A stretch of DNA of 64,000 nt from Amoebidium appalachense (taxonomy: Eukaryota; Protista; Ichthyosporea), in assembly GCA_963693365.1 (NCBI GenBank), contig CAVNZM010000005.1:4215716-4279715 (forward strand), read 5' to 3'. The position numbers were made by a program, and so were the translations under genes. Under the pieces are notes generated by a model. The model did no database searches. It saw nothing but the letters and a program-made list of their open reading frames with translations, and had not been told where the DNA came from. This document shows positions 39,551-53,851 of this stretch, piece by piece. Position 1 is the stretch's first letter, and each line of letters begins with the position of its first letter.

Positions 39551-40628
39551 GCGCGTGCGCCGAGCAGCACTCATTCTATGTGGTTAACCCCCCCCTCTCC
39601 CCACCCCCCCCATCCCTCGCCGGCCCACAGAGCGTCGAAAAGACTAGAAGTTCTTAGACACCTCTCTAAACAGCGCTCCGCTCCCCTTCTCCCCTTTGCA
39701 CTGAATCCCCCCCCCCCCCCCCCCCCCCCCCACCCCCTCCTTTCCCTTCCCATCTGATACACACATACCTACACCCCCACCCACCCACCCACCCACCCAC
39801 CCACGTGCCTATATTTCCTTTCATTCTATCACGTGTGCACCTTTACGGCTCCGCATCTCCGCTTTCCTAGAGCACACCACAGCTCTCTCTCTCACTCTCA
39901 CTCTCACCCTCACTCTCTCTCTCTCCCTCCCCCTCCCTCCCTCCCTCTCTCCCTCCCTCCCTCCCTCCCTCCCTCCCTCTCCTTCTCTATCTCTGTCCTC
40001 CCCCCCTCCCCCCGCCCCCTCCCCTTCTCAGCTTCTGGTCACCATGAAAAACCAGCAAGGTACTCTAAATCTTTATGCCTTCCATTCCCCCATTCTGCCA
40101 TGCCCTCTGCAACACTACAACCCTGCCAAACGGTCTTCCCCTTTCACCCCCCTCCCCCAACCCCAACCCCTCACCTCCCCCCTCCCCCTACCCTCCCCCC
40201 CACCCACCCACCCAGGCCTCCCCCCACCTTTATGTCTATGTTGCAGCCAACAGTGCCGTAGGGTCTCCTCAGCACCTCCTTTTGCGCAAAAGCGTGCACA
40301 AACGCCGTCTTACCGACTCCTACAAACGTGGCATGTTAGTACTTGCATGCTCGAACTGGCAGACTCCCACAGCCCCACATGTGCAGATGGGCAAGTGTGA
40401 TGGTGAACCACAGGGAAAGGGTGGAGGTTGGAGGGCAAGACCGAGAAAGGAAGTAATAAAAGGTGGGAGAGGAGGCAAGACAAGGAAAATAAGTGAGGGT
40501 GGGATGTTGGATCATCGTGAGTGCGTGTGCTGGTGGGTACTGGTCCGAACAGGCCCAACTTCGTCATGCACCTCTCCGAGAATGCACATCTTTACACAAA
40601 GGATTTGATGAACATAACACATACGAAT

Positions 40629-40721
<93 letters not shown>

Positions 40722-41188
40722 CGCACACACAACCCACACACACACAGGGACACACGCACACGCACACGCACACGCACAGTCGCACACACGCACACACATA
40801 CATAGAAGGGGGGAAGAAGGGAAGAAGAGAGAGGGAGGATAACGGGGAAGGGGAGACAGAGAGGGAGGCGGGGGAGGGAGGGACGGCCTGGAGGAAGCAG
40901 AGAGAGAGGGAGGAAGGGAGGGAGAGACGGGAGAGAGAAAGGGGGGAAGGGAGAAGGGGAGAGGAAGGGCGAGGGAAAGACGCGCGCACAATTTTATACA
41001 CACGCACGCACACACGCAAACACACAACATACACACACACACGCACACACACAGACGTACACACACGCGCACACCCTCACCCCCATGCACAGATAGGCAT
41101 GCGTATACACACACGCACGCACGATATTATACGCACGCACACCTGAGTCGCCGACGACCAGGACCCTGACGGTTGTGCCAGCAGCCAT
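34745..41188 (-). CDS. RABL3: Rab-like protein 3 small GTPase; 3' end approximate
   Basis: Exons 41188-41143 MAAGTTVRVLVVGDS, 40319-40228 GVGKTAFVHAFAQKEVLRRPYGTVGCNIDIK, 39256-39154 LHEHEGSTWEVELWDIGGSAAHRKGRPMFYQGVH, 38629-~38522 GIILVHDLSNRKSYANLDKWVYEV, 37299-37196 ...DDFDEE...VPMIIVGTKQD, 36493-36438, 35392-35286 SCMELSDFQPDSTAMRQLGSFLDRVIARR. RABL3 signatures GDSGVGK, TVGC, WDIGGS, LVHDL.NRKS..NL..W, GTK.D. The exon 4/5 junction is not resolved. Confidence 0.92.
35005..35275. repeat. Degenerate (TGTGCC/TGTATGCC/TGTGTCC) short-period satellite in RABL3 intron
   Basis: Direct read. Confidence 0.85.
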
Positions 41189-42110
41189 GTCGTGGGTGTC
41201 CGGCACACACGGCCCGCCGCCCCAAAGGCCGTCCAGCTTGCCAACCTGCAGGCACTGGTGGCCCGTCTGTATGCTTGTCTGTCTGCTCCCTCCGTGCCTG
41301 CCTCCCCTGCCTCCCAAACCCGTGCGTATCTTATCCCAGCCTGGTTCCCTGCTATAGCAGACTGTATACTGCAGCGTCCCCTATCATGCTACCTCAACAA
41401 GATGGTACCACAGTAGAATTGCTGACACAGCAGCTGCAGAGACAAAACGTCCGTCCGTGCCACAACGGCTTGGCCAACTGCCGCGTAGCAACAACCTATC
41501 AGCTCACGGCCACCCTTTTAGTGACGTCATTCGTTCGGATGCCAAAGATAAAAGATGGTATGCATTGCAAGAGTATTACTCTCGTCAGCTCGTCATCGCT
41601 AGGAATAGTTCTCAAATGCTGCCTGCACCACTATATAACTAGCACCAGAATGAATATTTCTATGCTCAGGTTTTTTTTTTTTCTTCACTACGTATTTTTT
41701 TTTGTGCTGTCTGTTAGGTCTGCACTTTGCAAGGACAAGCTGGGACAGTGTTTGCATTCCAACTGATAAAATTATTCGTTTTGATTGGCCAGTTTCATTC
41801 AATAAGAGTTTCAAACTGAGTACACGCGCTTTCAGTGTCAGCGCATGTAGTGGCGAACTGCCCAGAGGGTTCTAGAATACTGCGTAGGCTGTCGATCTTT
41901 CTTTCGCAGCCTTGAAGTACTTCTGGATGTAGTGATTGGTCGTCTTCTGCGTGGGTTGCAGCGTGAGCTATGCGCGCGCCAGCTGAGCACAGTTTCAAAC
42001 TTTCCTGGGGGTATGTAGATGTACATGTTGATCTTTCGATGCCGGGGCATTCCAAAGCCAAATTCCGCACGGCCGAAGGACAGTGTGACGGGGGCACTGA
42101 CTGTACTCTG

Positions 42111-42338
42111 CAGGGTGTGAAATTTGTTTTAGGCTAGTGCCATTTTGGCAGCTTTCCACCAGCCTGGATGGCCCTAATAGAGCCAACAACCGTTTTTAGG
42201 TGCCATTTTTCGAATAAATTTGGCTATGTTAGGGCCAATTTTTCAGAAATTGATGGACCTAACCTCGAAAAGTTAGGGACAATTTTCGGACTTTCAGGGA
42301 CAATTTTCTGGCCCTAAACCCCCTAATTTCACAGCCTG
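42111..42338. mobile_element. Non-autonomous hAT-type MITE (228 bp)
   Basis: TIRs CAGGGTGTGAAATT / AATTTCACAGCCTG (1 mismatch); perfect 8-bp TSD GTACTCTG at 42103-42110 and 42339-42346. Confidence 0.92.
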
Positions 42339-42366
42339 GTACTCTGTACTCAACTACTCATATCTC

Positions 42367-42393
42367 TAACCCTAAACCCTAACCCTAAACCCT
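42367..42393. repeat. Short interstitial telomere-like tract TAACCCTAAACCCTAACCCTAAACCC
   Basis: Alternating CCCTAA/CCCTAAA units. Confidence 0.6.
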
Positions 42394-43116
42394 TATATCA
42401 TATGTATGTAAAATTATATACTTTCGTAACATCAGAAATACAATTCTTATTAGCCACCTACACGTGTGCTTCACACGCGAACACGTTTGTATGGAGTGAC
42501 CACACAAGATTCGTGATCATGAGTCGATATCGATGAGATTCCGTTACCTCCGGCCGAAGTTCGAACTTTGCCACAGCTCATTTGTCGTAGAAGTGTATGT
42601 AGTTCAAAACCCCACAGAAAAACATATAGCTAGCATCTTTGTTTCAGTTCCAGCCTTCTTGTTCTCTCTGCCAGCCGGCCCTTAAGTCCATTGATTAGTG
42701 TTGGCCTTAAGCTGCCATCGTGTTTGTCCATTTTTGTCCATGGCCTTTTAAGACGCTCAGCTGGCACCCATCGTTGCGCAGTCCACGATAGCTTGTTTGC
42801 ACCAGCTACGCTTTTTAGCCAGCAACTGCTCTAGGGCTATACATTATACCAACCCAACGCCCTACATCATTGGTACAGTCAGACTGTGACATACACCTAC
42901 TGGCCAGCCGAATCCGCGTTGTGCTTTCTTTTTGTCCCGCGTGGCATCAGCCTTCAAATTTACCCTAACCGACACTACTAACGTTCTGCATTTTCAAACA
43001 AGTAGCCAACACGTTTACCCACCCAATCACTCTCTTCAAATTATACAACATTGCCTATAGCTAAAAGGTGCACCTACCCACCCGCCTTAGGTCCACCATC
43101 GGTGTTACGGCTTGCC

Positions 43117-44119
43117 ATGGCTGCAGCCGCTGCCACCAGCCAGCCCTCGCGCGAAAGATGGCGTAGGTCGGGTGACAATGAGCTACGCTACGTGCGCCTG
43201 GGTGAAAGGCCAGTAGACAACTCTCTTAGCGTGTGGCCAAACGATGATCATGCAGGAGACCCCTATGAGGTCTTTGCGGAGGCACCCAGACGCACCCTCC
43301 AACTAGCACCTACACACTCTGAACCCACCCTGTCCCATCACTACGTTCCCCTGCGCAGCAGGAACACACAACCCCATCCTCCCTTAGGCTACGATCAAGT
43401 CGCCGAAGATGTCCGCCGGCCTTTTCGAGGTAGCTTGTCGACCCCACTCATTTTACACACCGCGACATCCAACACCCCAACGACGCAGACAGCCAGCGCA
43501 CCCCTGCACCCGCCACCTGTCCCCCCACGCAGTGCGTGCCTGTACTCAAACCTGTCCCAAAATGATTCCTCTGCCACCCCCCCTCCCCTGCCCCCCCTCG
43601 ACCACCGAAGACTTTATCTGGCCCGCTTTCTGTCGGCACTCCGACGTCTCAACCACCCGAGGTAGGTGCTAAGGGAAGAGAGAAGGGGGGAGGGTGAGGG
43701 GGGCTAAGGATTGGGGAATGCTCTGTGCGCTTAGCACGGGAGTAACAATCCGAACTCTGCTTGTCATTACCAGACTGCAGATTTTAGGCGGATTGAAGTG
43801 GGTGTTGTTGTGGTTGCATCTTGCAAACTATCCAAATGGTATAGAAGGGTGCTTTGTACATGGTGTTAAGGATATGGCGGACTTATGCAAACATACTATC
43901 ACACACGCATACGTATACAAAAAAACTCAACTGTGCCTGCTTACAAGGGGGCACATACTGTACACACTCATGCTGGCACGTAAATAGGCCACCAGTTTTC
44001 CCGCCCGCGGCAAACCGATGCATTGTATTTTTGCGCGCTAACATACACACGTGTAGACACACTTGTGCATGTACGCACACAAACATCTATTAGTAATGAT
44101 ACACACACACAAACAGCCA

Positions 44120-44177
<58 letters not shown>

Positions 44178-44334
44178 GCACGGGCACACTCCCCTTTCCC
44201 GGACAGGACACAATTTCGTGCACACACATACACACACACACGCCCAGCTACACACAAGCGGACACACATACCAGCACGCGCACACATGCACGCGCATGCG
44301 TGTACGCGCACGCGCGCATGCGCCCGCGCGCGCG

Positions 44335-44378
<44 letters not shown>

Positions 44379-44800
44379 ACAGACACATACACACACACAG
44401 TTGCCAAACACACAAAATCCCCGACCGTGAGTGAGTGTTCGCAAACACGTGCACAACACACACCGCCAACCATTACACAGACAGCTATGGCGACATACAC
44501 ATGTGTGACACTTTCGCGCCCGCCCACACACACACACACACAATTGCTATGACCCAAAAAAAAAAAAAATCACACATGATGCACTCTGTCGAACACATGA
44601 TTTGCCAACGAATGGGCTGCACACCAGTTCATACCGGCGGCGTTGCCTGTGTGCCCGTTAATTTAGTTAAGCCCATTCGATGATGTATCTCCTTCCGCGA
44701 AAACTGCCCACCCCCACTACCACCACGGCTACCACTGCCATCAACAGACACCTACGCGCACGCACATCATGCGAAAAATAAAACCAAACCCACACGCACA

Positions 44801-44845
<45 letters not shown>

Positions 44846-44868
44846 CGCACACACACACACACGCACAC

Positions 44869-44948
<80 letters not shown>

Positions 44949-45745
44949 GCCTTTTTCATCCGATGATAACCCACAAACATTTGTGACACAGGGGTTCTAC
45001 TTTGAAGTCAACTCATGTGGACCGCTGCAAAGTGAGCCTTGGTATGCCGGTGCACTCTCAAAGACAGAAGCAAACGCCCTTCTCATGGGTAGGTGGGACT
45101 GAAACCAAAAACTGGCAGTGAAATACCTGATAGTTATTGCTCAGAGAATAGGGGCATCCGGGCGAATGTGGGGAATTCAAACTATTGTGCGTTTTGGAAA
45201 CATCAAGAATGACGATGGGATTTTTTATTTTTTTTTATTTTTTTATTTTTTTTGGGGGGGGGGGGGGAGGGGGGAGGGGGGAGTACGTGGGTACAAATGT
45301 GAATTAGGAGGGGGGCAAGAAAACCAGGGTGCACAAAGACGTGAGTAAGGGGAACGGGCAATGTGTGTGTGTGTGTGTGTGTGTGTTGGAGAGAAGGGGA
45401 AGGAGAAAAGGGGGGGGAGGAGGAGAAGGGTTGTGACAGGTTGCATGTGCGAAAGCCTCCTCGTGTACATGTGTTGCAGGTTTGAGCACCAACACCAGGC
45501 ATGTAGACCCTCCTCCCCCCCCCCCCCCCCCCCCCCCCCCTTGCACGTGCCTGTTCACATCTGACCGGGGTTACAGAGGATGGACTTTTGGGTGCTTTTC
45601 TGGTGCGCCAGTCAGACTCGAAGGAAGGTCGGTATCATTTTCATGAGCCCATGTGGGTGGGTGGGTGGGTGTGGGTGTGTGCGTGTGGGTGGGTGTGGAG
45701 ATGTGTGTGTGCTGTGTACTTGTGTGTGTGTGTGTGATGTGTGTG

Positions 45746-45781
<36 letters not shown>

Positions 45782-47014
45782 GCGCGCGCGCGCACCCACG
45801 TGTGTGCACAGCCACATGCATGTTACGGTGAATGTGTGTATGTATACGTGTGCACACTCGTGTGTGTGATTGTGTGCTACAGGATGAAACGGAGGGGAAG
45901 AATTGTAGGTGGGTTGGGGGATACATCATGGTGTTCAATCACATTGGATGATTAGAATGCACGGGTACTGAGAGGAAACATTATGTTTGGGCCCCACGTA
46001 GAGACCAGATGGGGGGGAGGGACACACGGATGATTGAATGGACAAAACATTGCTAAAGGTGTAAGAATAAGACGGGGTAATGGTTGCAATAGAAGGGGGG
46101 AGTGTTGGTAGGCTTTCCGTGCAATTGACAGAGGGGGCGGGGGGGGGGGGGGGGGGGGGATGACGACCAGGGCTGATTGTAGGGCGAAATTATGCTTTAA
46201 CAGATCGAGGGGTTGAATGATGGTTCAGTGTGTGTGGGCAGACACTGAATTGTGGTTGTTTTGGCCCACAGGTCAGCACGTGCTGTCGTTTATTGGTGAC
46301 GGGATGTGTGTGTGCCACGTCAGGATCAGCAACTGCACAGGCAGATACATGCTTGTGGGTACGTGCACGTCAGACCTTTTTTTTTTTTTTTTTTTTTTTT
46401 TTGTTTAACTAACAGAGTCTCGAAGTAATCTACTGTAGTTAACCGTGTAGTCCCTTGGTCTCTGAAGATCTTTACTAACAACTGGATTACCTACTTTGGC
46501 TGATGTCCCGGTGTGTCTGCTTTGGCTGATGTCCCGGTGTGTCTGCATGCACGTTGCTTGTATGCCTGCATATGCATATGCGCGTGCATGCATGTGGTGG
46601 TGCCTGACACTCCCTGTGTGCCTGTCTGTGTGTGCATGTGCGGTGTGATGCATGTGGATTAATCTTTTCCCCTTTCCGGTGAAACTGAGTCACATTGCTA
46701 CCATGCCCCCCTCCCCCCCCCCCCCCCCCCCCCTTCCTCCTCCTCCTCCTCCCCCCCCACTCCCCCCCCCCCCCCCTCCTCCCCCACTCCCCTCCCCTCT
46801 TTCCCCCCCCCCCTTCTCCCCCTTTGCCCGTCCTATTTTCCTCTTGGTTCTCACGATAACCTTTTATTCTCTCTGTTTCTTGGGATGGGTCTTTCATTGG
46901 CTGGGGGATCGTGTGTGTTTGCAACATAACTTTAACCTTGGTAACTTGGAAGTACCCAAATCCTCCCCATAGTCATTACCAACATAATAGTTCCACCCCA
47001 CCCCCTTCTTACCC

Positions 47015-47048
<34 letters not shown>

Positions 47049-47145
47049 CCCCCTCTCTCTCCGTGGTTGTTCCTTTTATTTTGCATATTGTTGAAAGTAC
47101 TACGTTTCTGTGAATTCGTGAATGTTCTGTGTAACCCGTAACAGT

Positions 47146-47183
<38 letters not shown>

Positions 47184-47293
47184 CCGCCGCCCAAACGCAC
47201 ACACACATAGACACACGTGCGCGTATTCTGTAGCGCATTCTAACCACACCACACACACACAGCCCGGGCAAACACACACACATGCGCGCGCGC

Positions 47294-47354
<61 letters not shown>

Positions 47355-47671
47355 TCTGCAACACAGCTAACCCTCCCCCCCCCTCCCCCCCCCCCCCCCA
47401 CCCTACCCTCCCCCCCCCCCCCCCCCCTCCCTCCCTCCCTCCCTCCAATAAAAAATTAAAATAAAATAAAACAAAAATAAAAAATAAACTCACACACACA
47501 TACACCGTGACATGCACACACGTATTCTGAAACCCATCCCCCCCCCCCCTCCCCCCTCTCCCACCCACCCAGCCCCACCGCCCCTCCCCCGCCAAACGCA
47601 CATGCACACACACGAACGACACGCACATGTCTTCTCTAACGCATTCTAAACCCCCCCCCCGCCCCCCCCCC

Positions 47672-47707
<36 letters not shown>

Positions 47708-47846
47708 AGGCAGCAGCTATCGCAGCTTCAACAGCCTGCAGGAGCTAATCAGGGCCTGCCGTGAGGGCCAATTCCTAATGGCCGATACGGGGCCATGCCC
47801 GACGGCCCTGCGCCTGACCCGGCCATGCCTCAGCCTGGGCCGCTGA
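43117..47846 (+). CDS. SH2-domain adaptor-like protein (Pro-rich N-terminus, C-terminal SH2)
   Basis: Large first exon from ~43117 (MAAAAATSQ...PPPVPPR...PPPLPP...LRRLNHPR|gt), small exon ~44992-45031, then 45577-45627 [16 protein letters not shown], 46272-46358 [29 protein letters not shown], 47710-47846 [20 protein letters not shown]...[14 protein letters not shown]2 motifs FLVR.S, H.RI, F.SL.ELI. Last three exons are phase-consistent. Confidence 0.8.
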
Positions 47847-49130
47847 AAACCCAACTGGGCCGGCAAAAAAGCCTTGAAGAATCAAAATATTCTCCGGGTT
47901 ACTTTGGGCCTGGGCGTGAGGTTACATGAAAGAACGGAACTCTTGTCGACTTGATTTGGTTTGTGCTAGCATTTTGCATGGGTTGTTGTTGTGCCCACTT
48001 TTGTCTCGTTTCATTTTCAGGCGTACTGATTTGGGCCAAAGTTTTCCTTTGTCGTGACGGAGAGAACAACAAGGGAGGACAAGGACAGTGTCACTTAGCC
48101 GGGATGTTTCAGGAGATATATACATGAATTTAGTGAATTCTGCCTTATACGCAGATGATTCAGTGCCAGCATCCCTTAGTTTTACGATTTCAGCGCTTAC
48201 CAACCACAGTCTTACTTTTTATGTGGCTGCTCAATAATGTACGCTCAAACTTTTTATTTAGTAAAATCTTCGTGGGTAATATACCTTTATCTTTTAGCGA
48301 ACCCTTAAGCTTACCCGGATAACCCGTAGGATTGCTCTATTCGTTCTCATGGTTCCTCTCCTGTACAACGTTGTTTCTTTTTTACTGTGGTGGTGGTGGT
48401 GGTGGGGCCAAGAGGGGGGGGGGGGGGGGGAGGGAGGCTTTTGTAGTTTTGGCATGCCGACGGTGTACTGCCACTTAGTTTTTGTACATGCGCGTTACAC
48501 TACAACCAATTGCGTGTGTGTGCATATTCGATTCCTGTATACATTAAAACAGGGTGGCACAGTGATGTAGATCAATAATGGCGTAGGTGATAAAGAAAGT
48601 GATATATTTTCATTGTTAGATTTGGTTTTTCGACGTTATAATACGATACCCATCTCACAGCGATATTGTGTTTCGCATTGTAAAATACGACGCAAAGCCA
48701 CCTGAAATAAAGCTACAGTTGCTGAAGAGACACGGCACTGAAGCCACACAGACTTTCAAGCCTGTACACACATGTACATATATGGGTGGGCGGTTTGGTT
48801 ACCCAGCCGCCAAACATGCTGCCATTCATTATGATCACGCAAATGTACCTTGTGCGCCCAATCATCCAAACTCGGGGTCATGGACCAATCATGCCATCGG
48901 TGGATATATGTACGTGTGTGCATGCAGAAGCGTTGACCCACTAATATTAGTTACCTATTTTTGTGGACTAAAAAGCATGACTCTACGTACGATTTCATTG
49001 TACTATATAAGTTAGTAATAGTAGTCCGAGCGACTAGCTCGTCAACATGCATATACGGTACGCACACATATGCACATGATAGCTAAGTTGCTTATAACTG
49101 AATAAGTAAGGGATTTCTTTATTCCGGGGA

Positions 49131-49166
<36 letters not shown>

Positions 49167-49715
49167 TTTCATTCTTTTATCTAGCCCCTCCCCTCCCCTC
49201 CTTTCCCGTTGAACGTGGTGTACTGTAAGGACTGCCCAGGCCGTTAGAACATCGGAATTCAGCGGCCGACGAAGTCTGGCAGCCAGAATCCACGTGCAGC
49301 ACAAATTATTGTGTACAGCCTACCCACTCATTTTTATTCATTTTGAGTGTGCTTCTCAGAATGCCTGGGGTGACGTGGGGTCCCAACCCTTCAGTCAACT
49401 AACCGTTACGGTAGGATATTTAGTATTTAGAGTCATCAAATAGCGATCAGATGCAACAACATTCGTGCCGGATAAGACTTCCCCCCCCCTCCCCCCCCCC
49501 TCCCCCCTTCACAACAAAACAAAACAATATCTACCCCCCCCCCCCCCCCCCCCCCCAAAAAAATAAAAATAAAACAAAATAAAAATAAAACAAACAAACA
49601 AACAAAACAAAAAACATACAATGTCATACTGTATTACACAGGCACACACATTTTAACCCCCCCCCCCCCCCCTCCCCACACACACACACATTATACCCCC
49701 CCCCCCCCCCCCCCC

Positions 49716-49749
<34 letters not shown>

Positions 49750-49782
49750 CCTCCCAACACACACACACACACACGCACACTG

Positions 49783-50011
49783 TCAGTGCTTCATCAGCCC
49801 CTTTATGTAGTCCCTATCCAGTGCAAACGGTAGCAGGGCCTCCAACTCCAAATCGTGGCATTTTCCCGCAATCACGAAACTGTGCAGTGGTCCACCAAAA
49901 TCCACATCCCGCATAGACCCCATGCGCCCGGCAACGATTTTCTGTGTGGGCTGGCCTACACGTGCTAGGCCCACGCATAGTGTGTCCTCATCGTACACTG
50001 CGAGCATGTGT

Positions 50012-50042
<31 letters not shown>

Positions 50043-50266
50043 GGGGGGATGCATGTGTGTTTGTGTGGTGGTGTGGTGTGTGTGTACATGGCATGTGCAC
50101 GCCGGCCACACTTTTGTAAGTGTATGTGTATGTGGGTGCGCTCGCGCGGCTCACACTTGTGGTGTGTGTGCATTGAGTGTATACGTGTCTGTGGGTTTGT
50201 GGGTGTGGGTGTGTGTGTGTGTGTGTTTGGGGGGGTGGTGGTGGTGGTGGTGGTGGTGGTGGTGGT

Positions 50267-50303
<37 letters not shown>

Positions 50304-50580
50304 AGTCAGGAACGTAAGCCTTCTTTCCCCTCAATCCCCCCCACCCCCCACCTTCTCCCACTTCCACGTAGTCGTACAGGTAAAGTAAAACCAATCAGCT
50401 TTCAACCCCCCCCCCCCCCCCCCCCCCTCCCCCCGCCACCCACCCACCCACACCGACCCACCCTCCACCCCTTCCCACACGGCACACTCTCAGCCTATAC
50501 GGTTGATGCTGGGGTAGTGTGTTGCGTACGGGCATGTGTGTTTGGGGGAGCAAAAGTGGCCAGGCTTGCCCGCGCGTGCC

Positions 50581-50636
<56 letters not shown>

Positions 50637-51515
50637 TGTTTAAGTGTGCGTGCATGTCTTTGTGTGCCTTTTTGTGTTTCTATCGTGCACGTGTGTGTGC
50701 CCGTACCTTTCTCTCCCCTCTTCTCCTCGATTTCCAATAGCTGGTCCACCGCCTGGTTGATGGTCATGAATCGTGGTGGCTCGTAGATCTTACGTCCCCT
50801 GCACACAACATTAGCACTTGCTGCTTAAGAAAACGGAAGAAAGGGGTGGAAGAAAGGGGTGAAAGAAAAGGGGAGGAGGGGGGAGGGGGGGAGGGGGAGG
50901 GCGGGGGAGGGGGGCAAAAGGGGGCAAGGAAAATGCACTAGATAAATGTAGGTATTGCATGATGCCAAGACCCCCCCCCTCCCTCTCCCTCGGGGAAAGG
51001 TAACCCCCCCCCCCCCCCCCCCCGCGGCAATTCTTTCAATTTAAAGCATTCAAGCCGGTGCAAGCAAACCACAAAGTCAGGGACTTCACCTCTCCCTGGC
51101 CTATCCCCTAATTTGCCACCATGTATTCTTGCTAGGCCGTTTTCCACAAATTAAAATAATACTGTGCTTCACCCCAGCCCTCCTTTCTATTCTATGGTAG
51201 AGGTGCATGGGAACGTGGAGGCGGATGGTTCTTGTGTATTACATCGATATATGTATGTTTTGTGTATAATGCACGTGCTTATCTGTATAAAATATTTTGT
51301 ACATATATTATCGGGATAATGCGTGCTCTTACACAGGCAGAAATACACAAAGAGCAGTCATCCGACTGTATAATAGCCAGAAAGACTTCATTCCTATCCT
51401 TCGTCACAGTTTTACTCGTTGCTCCCACCTCCGCCTTCAAACCTAGTTTCTCCTTAAGCTTATTCACTCACCATCTTCCCACCCACCCCCCCCCCTTCCT
51501 CCCCTTCACCAGTAT

Positions 51516-51590
<75 letters not shown>

Positions 51591-51719
51591 TGTGTACGTG
51601 AATGTGTGGATGTCCGTGTGTATGTGTGTGTTTGTGTGCGCGTGGGCGTTGGTGTGGGTGTGATGGGGTCAAGGGTAAAAACCTTTTAAACAGTGAACAC
51701 AGGCACGTGTGCATGTAAG

Positions 51720-51778
<59 letters not shown>

Positions 51779-51831
51779 CTCTCTCTCTCCGTGTGTGTGA
51801 GTGTGTGCGCGCGTGTGCCGCGTGTGTGTGG

Positions 51832-51868
<37 letters not shown>

Positions 51869-52436
51869 TCAGTCTAAGCATTGGTGCACTGTATGATAGT
51901 GTGTGTCTGACCGGACGGGGCACGGGGGGGCAGGGGGGAGGCAACGAACTGGTGGTGGTGGAAAACAGGGGGGTAAGGGGGGGGGGGGGGAGGGGGGGAG
52001 GGAGAGGGGGGGGGGGGGGAGGAGGCATACTTAATGAGGTTTTCGATGCTCTGCTCTTTCACCTTGATGTCTGCATCCCCCCTCAGCCCATCAGCTCAGT
52101 CCCAGTCATCCCTCTCCTCCTCCCCCCTCCCCAACCTCTCTCCGGGTTCCATCCCCCCCTTCCCCCCCCCCCCCCCCCCCCCCCTTCCCCCCACCAATCT
52201 AAAGCCCGTGGGGTAAGTGGGGTGTGGCTGGAAGGGATAGACCTGCTTGGGGGTGTATGTGTGATTCCCAAGGTGTTCTGTTTTTTTCAAACTTTCAGAA
52301 CAAATTGATTCGTGTGGGTTTAAGGCGGCACATCTACAAGCGTATTTGTGTATGGATGGACTGTGGCAGTGTGGATGTGTGTGTGTGTGGGTGTGCGTGC
52401 ATTGGGGTGCACGGGGTGGCGGCGGCGGCGGGCGAG

Positions 52437-52470
<34 letters not shown>

Positions 52471-52613
52471 GGGGGGTAGCTGCTTGCAGGTGCTTTTGCG
52501 GAAGAGCGGGCTGTATGCATAAGGCATACACGAATGGCACATCATGCAGGTGCAGGTGCACATGTGACATAAAAGGCAGTGCGAGCCCCTGCATGTGTTT
52601 CCATCCATTTCCA

Positions 52614-52683
<70 letters not shown>

Positions 52684-53510
52684 TATGATATGTATAAATA
52701 TATATATATACACACACATATATATATTATGCTGCTATGCACTCACCCAGCAGGCACAACGTATGCAACCCTCCATTTCTGTTGTACTTGATCTTGTCAT
52801 AGAAACTATCAGGCCTCCAGTCGTCAGTGAAGAACACAATGCTCACGGCCTCACCGTACGTGTACAGCTGCAGCCCACAGCAACCCACCGCATTCATGAT
52901 CGATGCATTGTGCACCACCTGTAAGGGAGGGAGGGGTGGTGGTTGGGGGGAGGGAGGGAGGGAGGGGGGGGGGGGGGGGGGGGGCAGGTCGAGATTTAAA
53001 ACAAAGGGCCCATGAAGGGAGGGAAGACGAGGGGGGGAGGGGGAGGGGAGGGGGGGGTGCGCAGAAGGGGGTTGAATTGTGGAGTCTGGGTAAGGTTGGA
53101 CTGGAGGGGTGAGGTCTGAATGACATGATGGAGGGGGGAGGGGAGAGGACGCCAAGAGGGATCATGACAGGGATTTGTAGAGAAAGGGGGGAGGGAGGGG
53201 GGAGGAGCAGGGGGAATGGGGGCGACGGGAAAAAGACAAGAGCTGTTACCTGGACAGGGATATTCTTTTCACGAGCCCGGATAACGAAGTCCGAGTGGGT
53301 GGTGGCACTAGTGGGAGGAAAATTGTTAGATTTATGGTTGTCATTCCTCCAGTACACACATACTCAAAGCATGGTATACTGAAACACATGTCCAAGAAAA
53401 TCAGCGTCTCCCTGCCTCCCTTTTAACACCAAAATTAACAACAGATGCCGTTTCACAGCAGCCCACCCTCTTCTGGCACGCAACTAGACAAAATGGTTCA
53501 CCGAAGGTAG

Positions 53511-53546
<36 letters not shown>

Positions 53547-53816
53547 TTCTTCCCGCTCCCCTCCTCCCCGCCCCCTCTTCCCCCCAGCTCCCCAGGCCTC
53601 AGCTGGGTGAAAGGTCGTTTCACTGCCATCCTGCAATCTTAGCATGTCAATCACTAAATACACTGCTGCTGGACAACACTTGCTATCAACTCTATGGCAC
53701 ATCCCTTGGTACCATGGCCACAATTGTTCAACCTCAACAACCTGTTGAGCCAGAAAGCCCGTGCACAGTATAGTATACGGGAGTACAATTCGAGGCACAG
53801 GAGTCATGTACATGTG

Positions 53817-53851
<35 letters not shown>

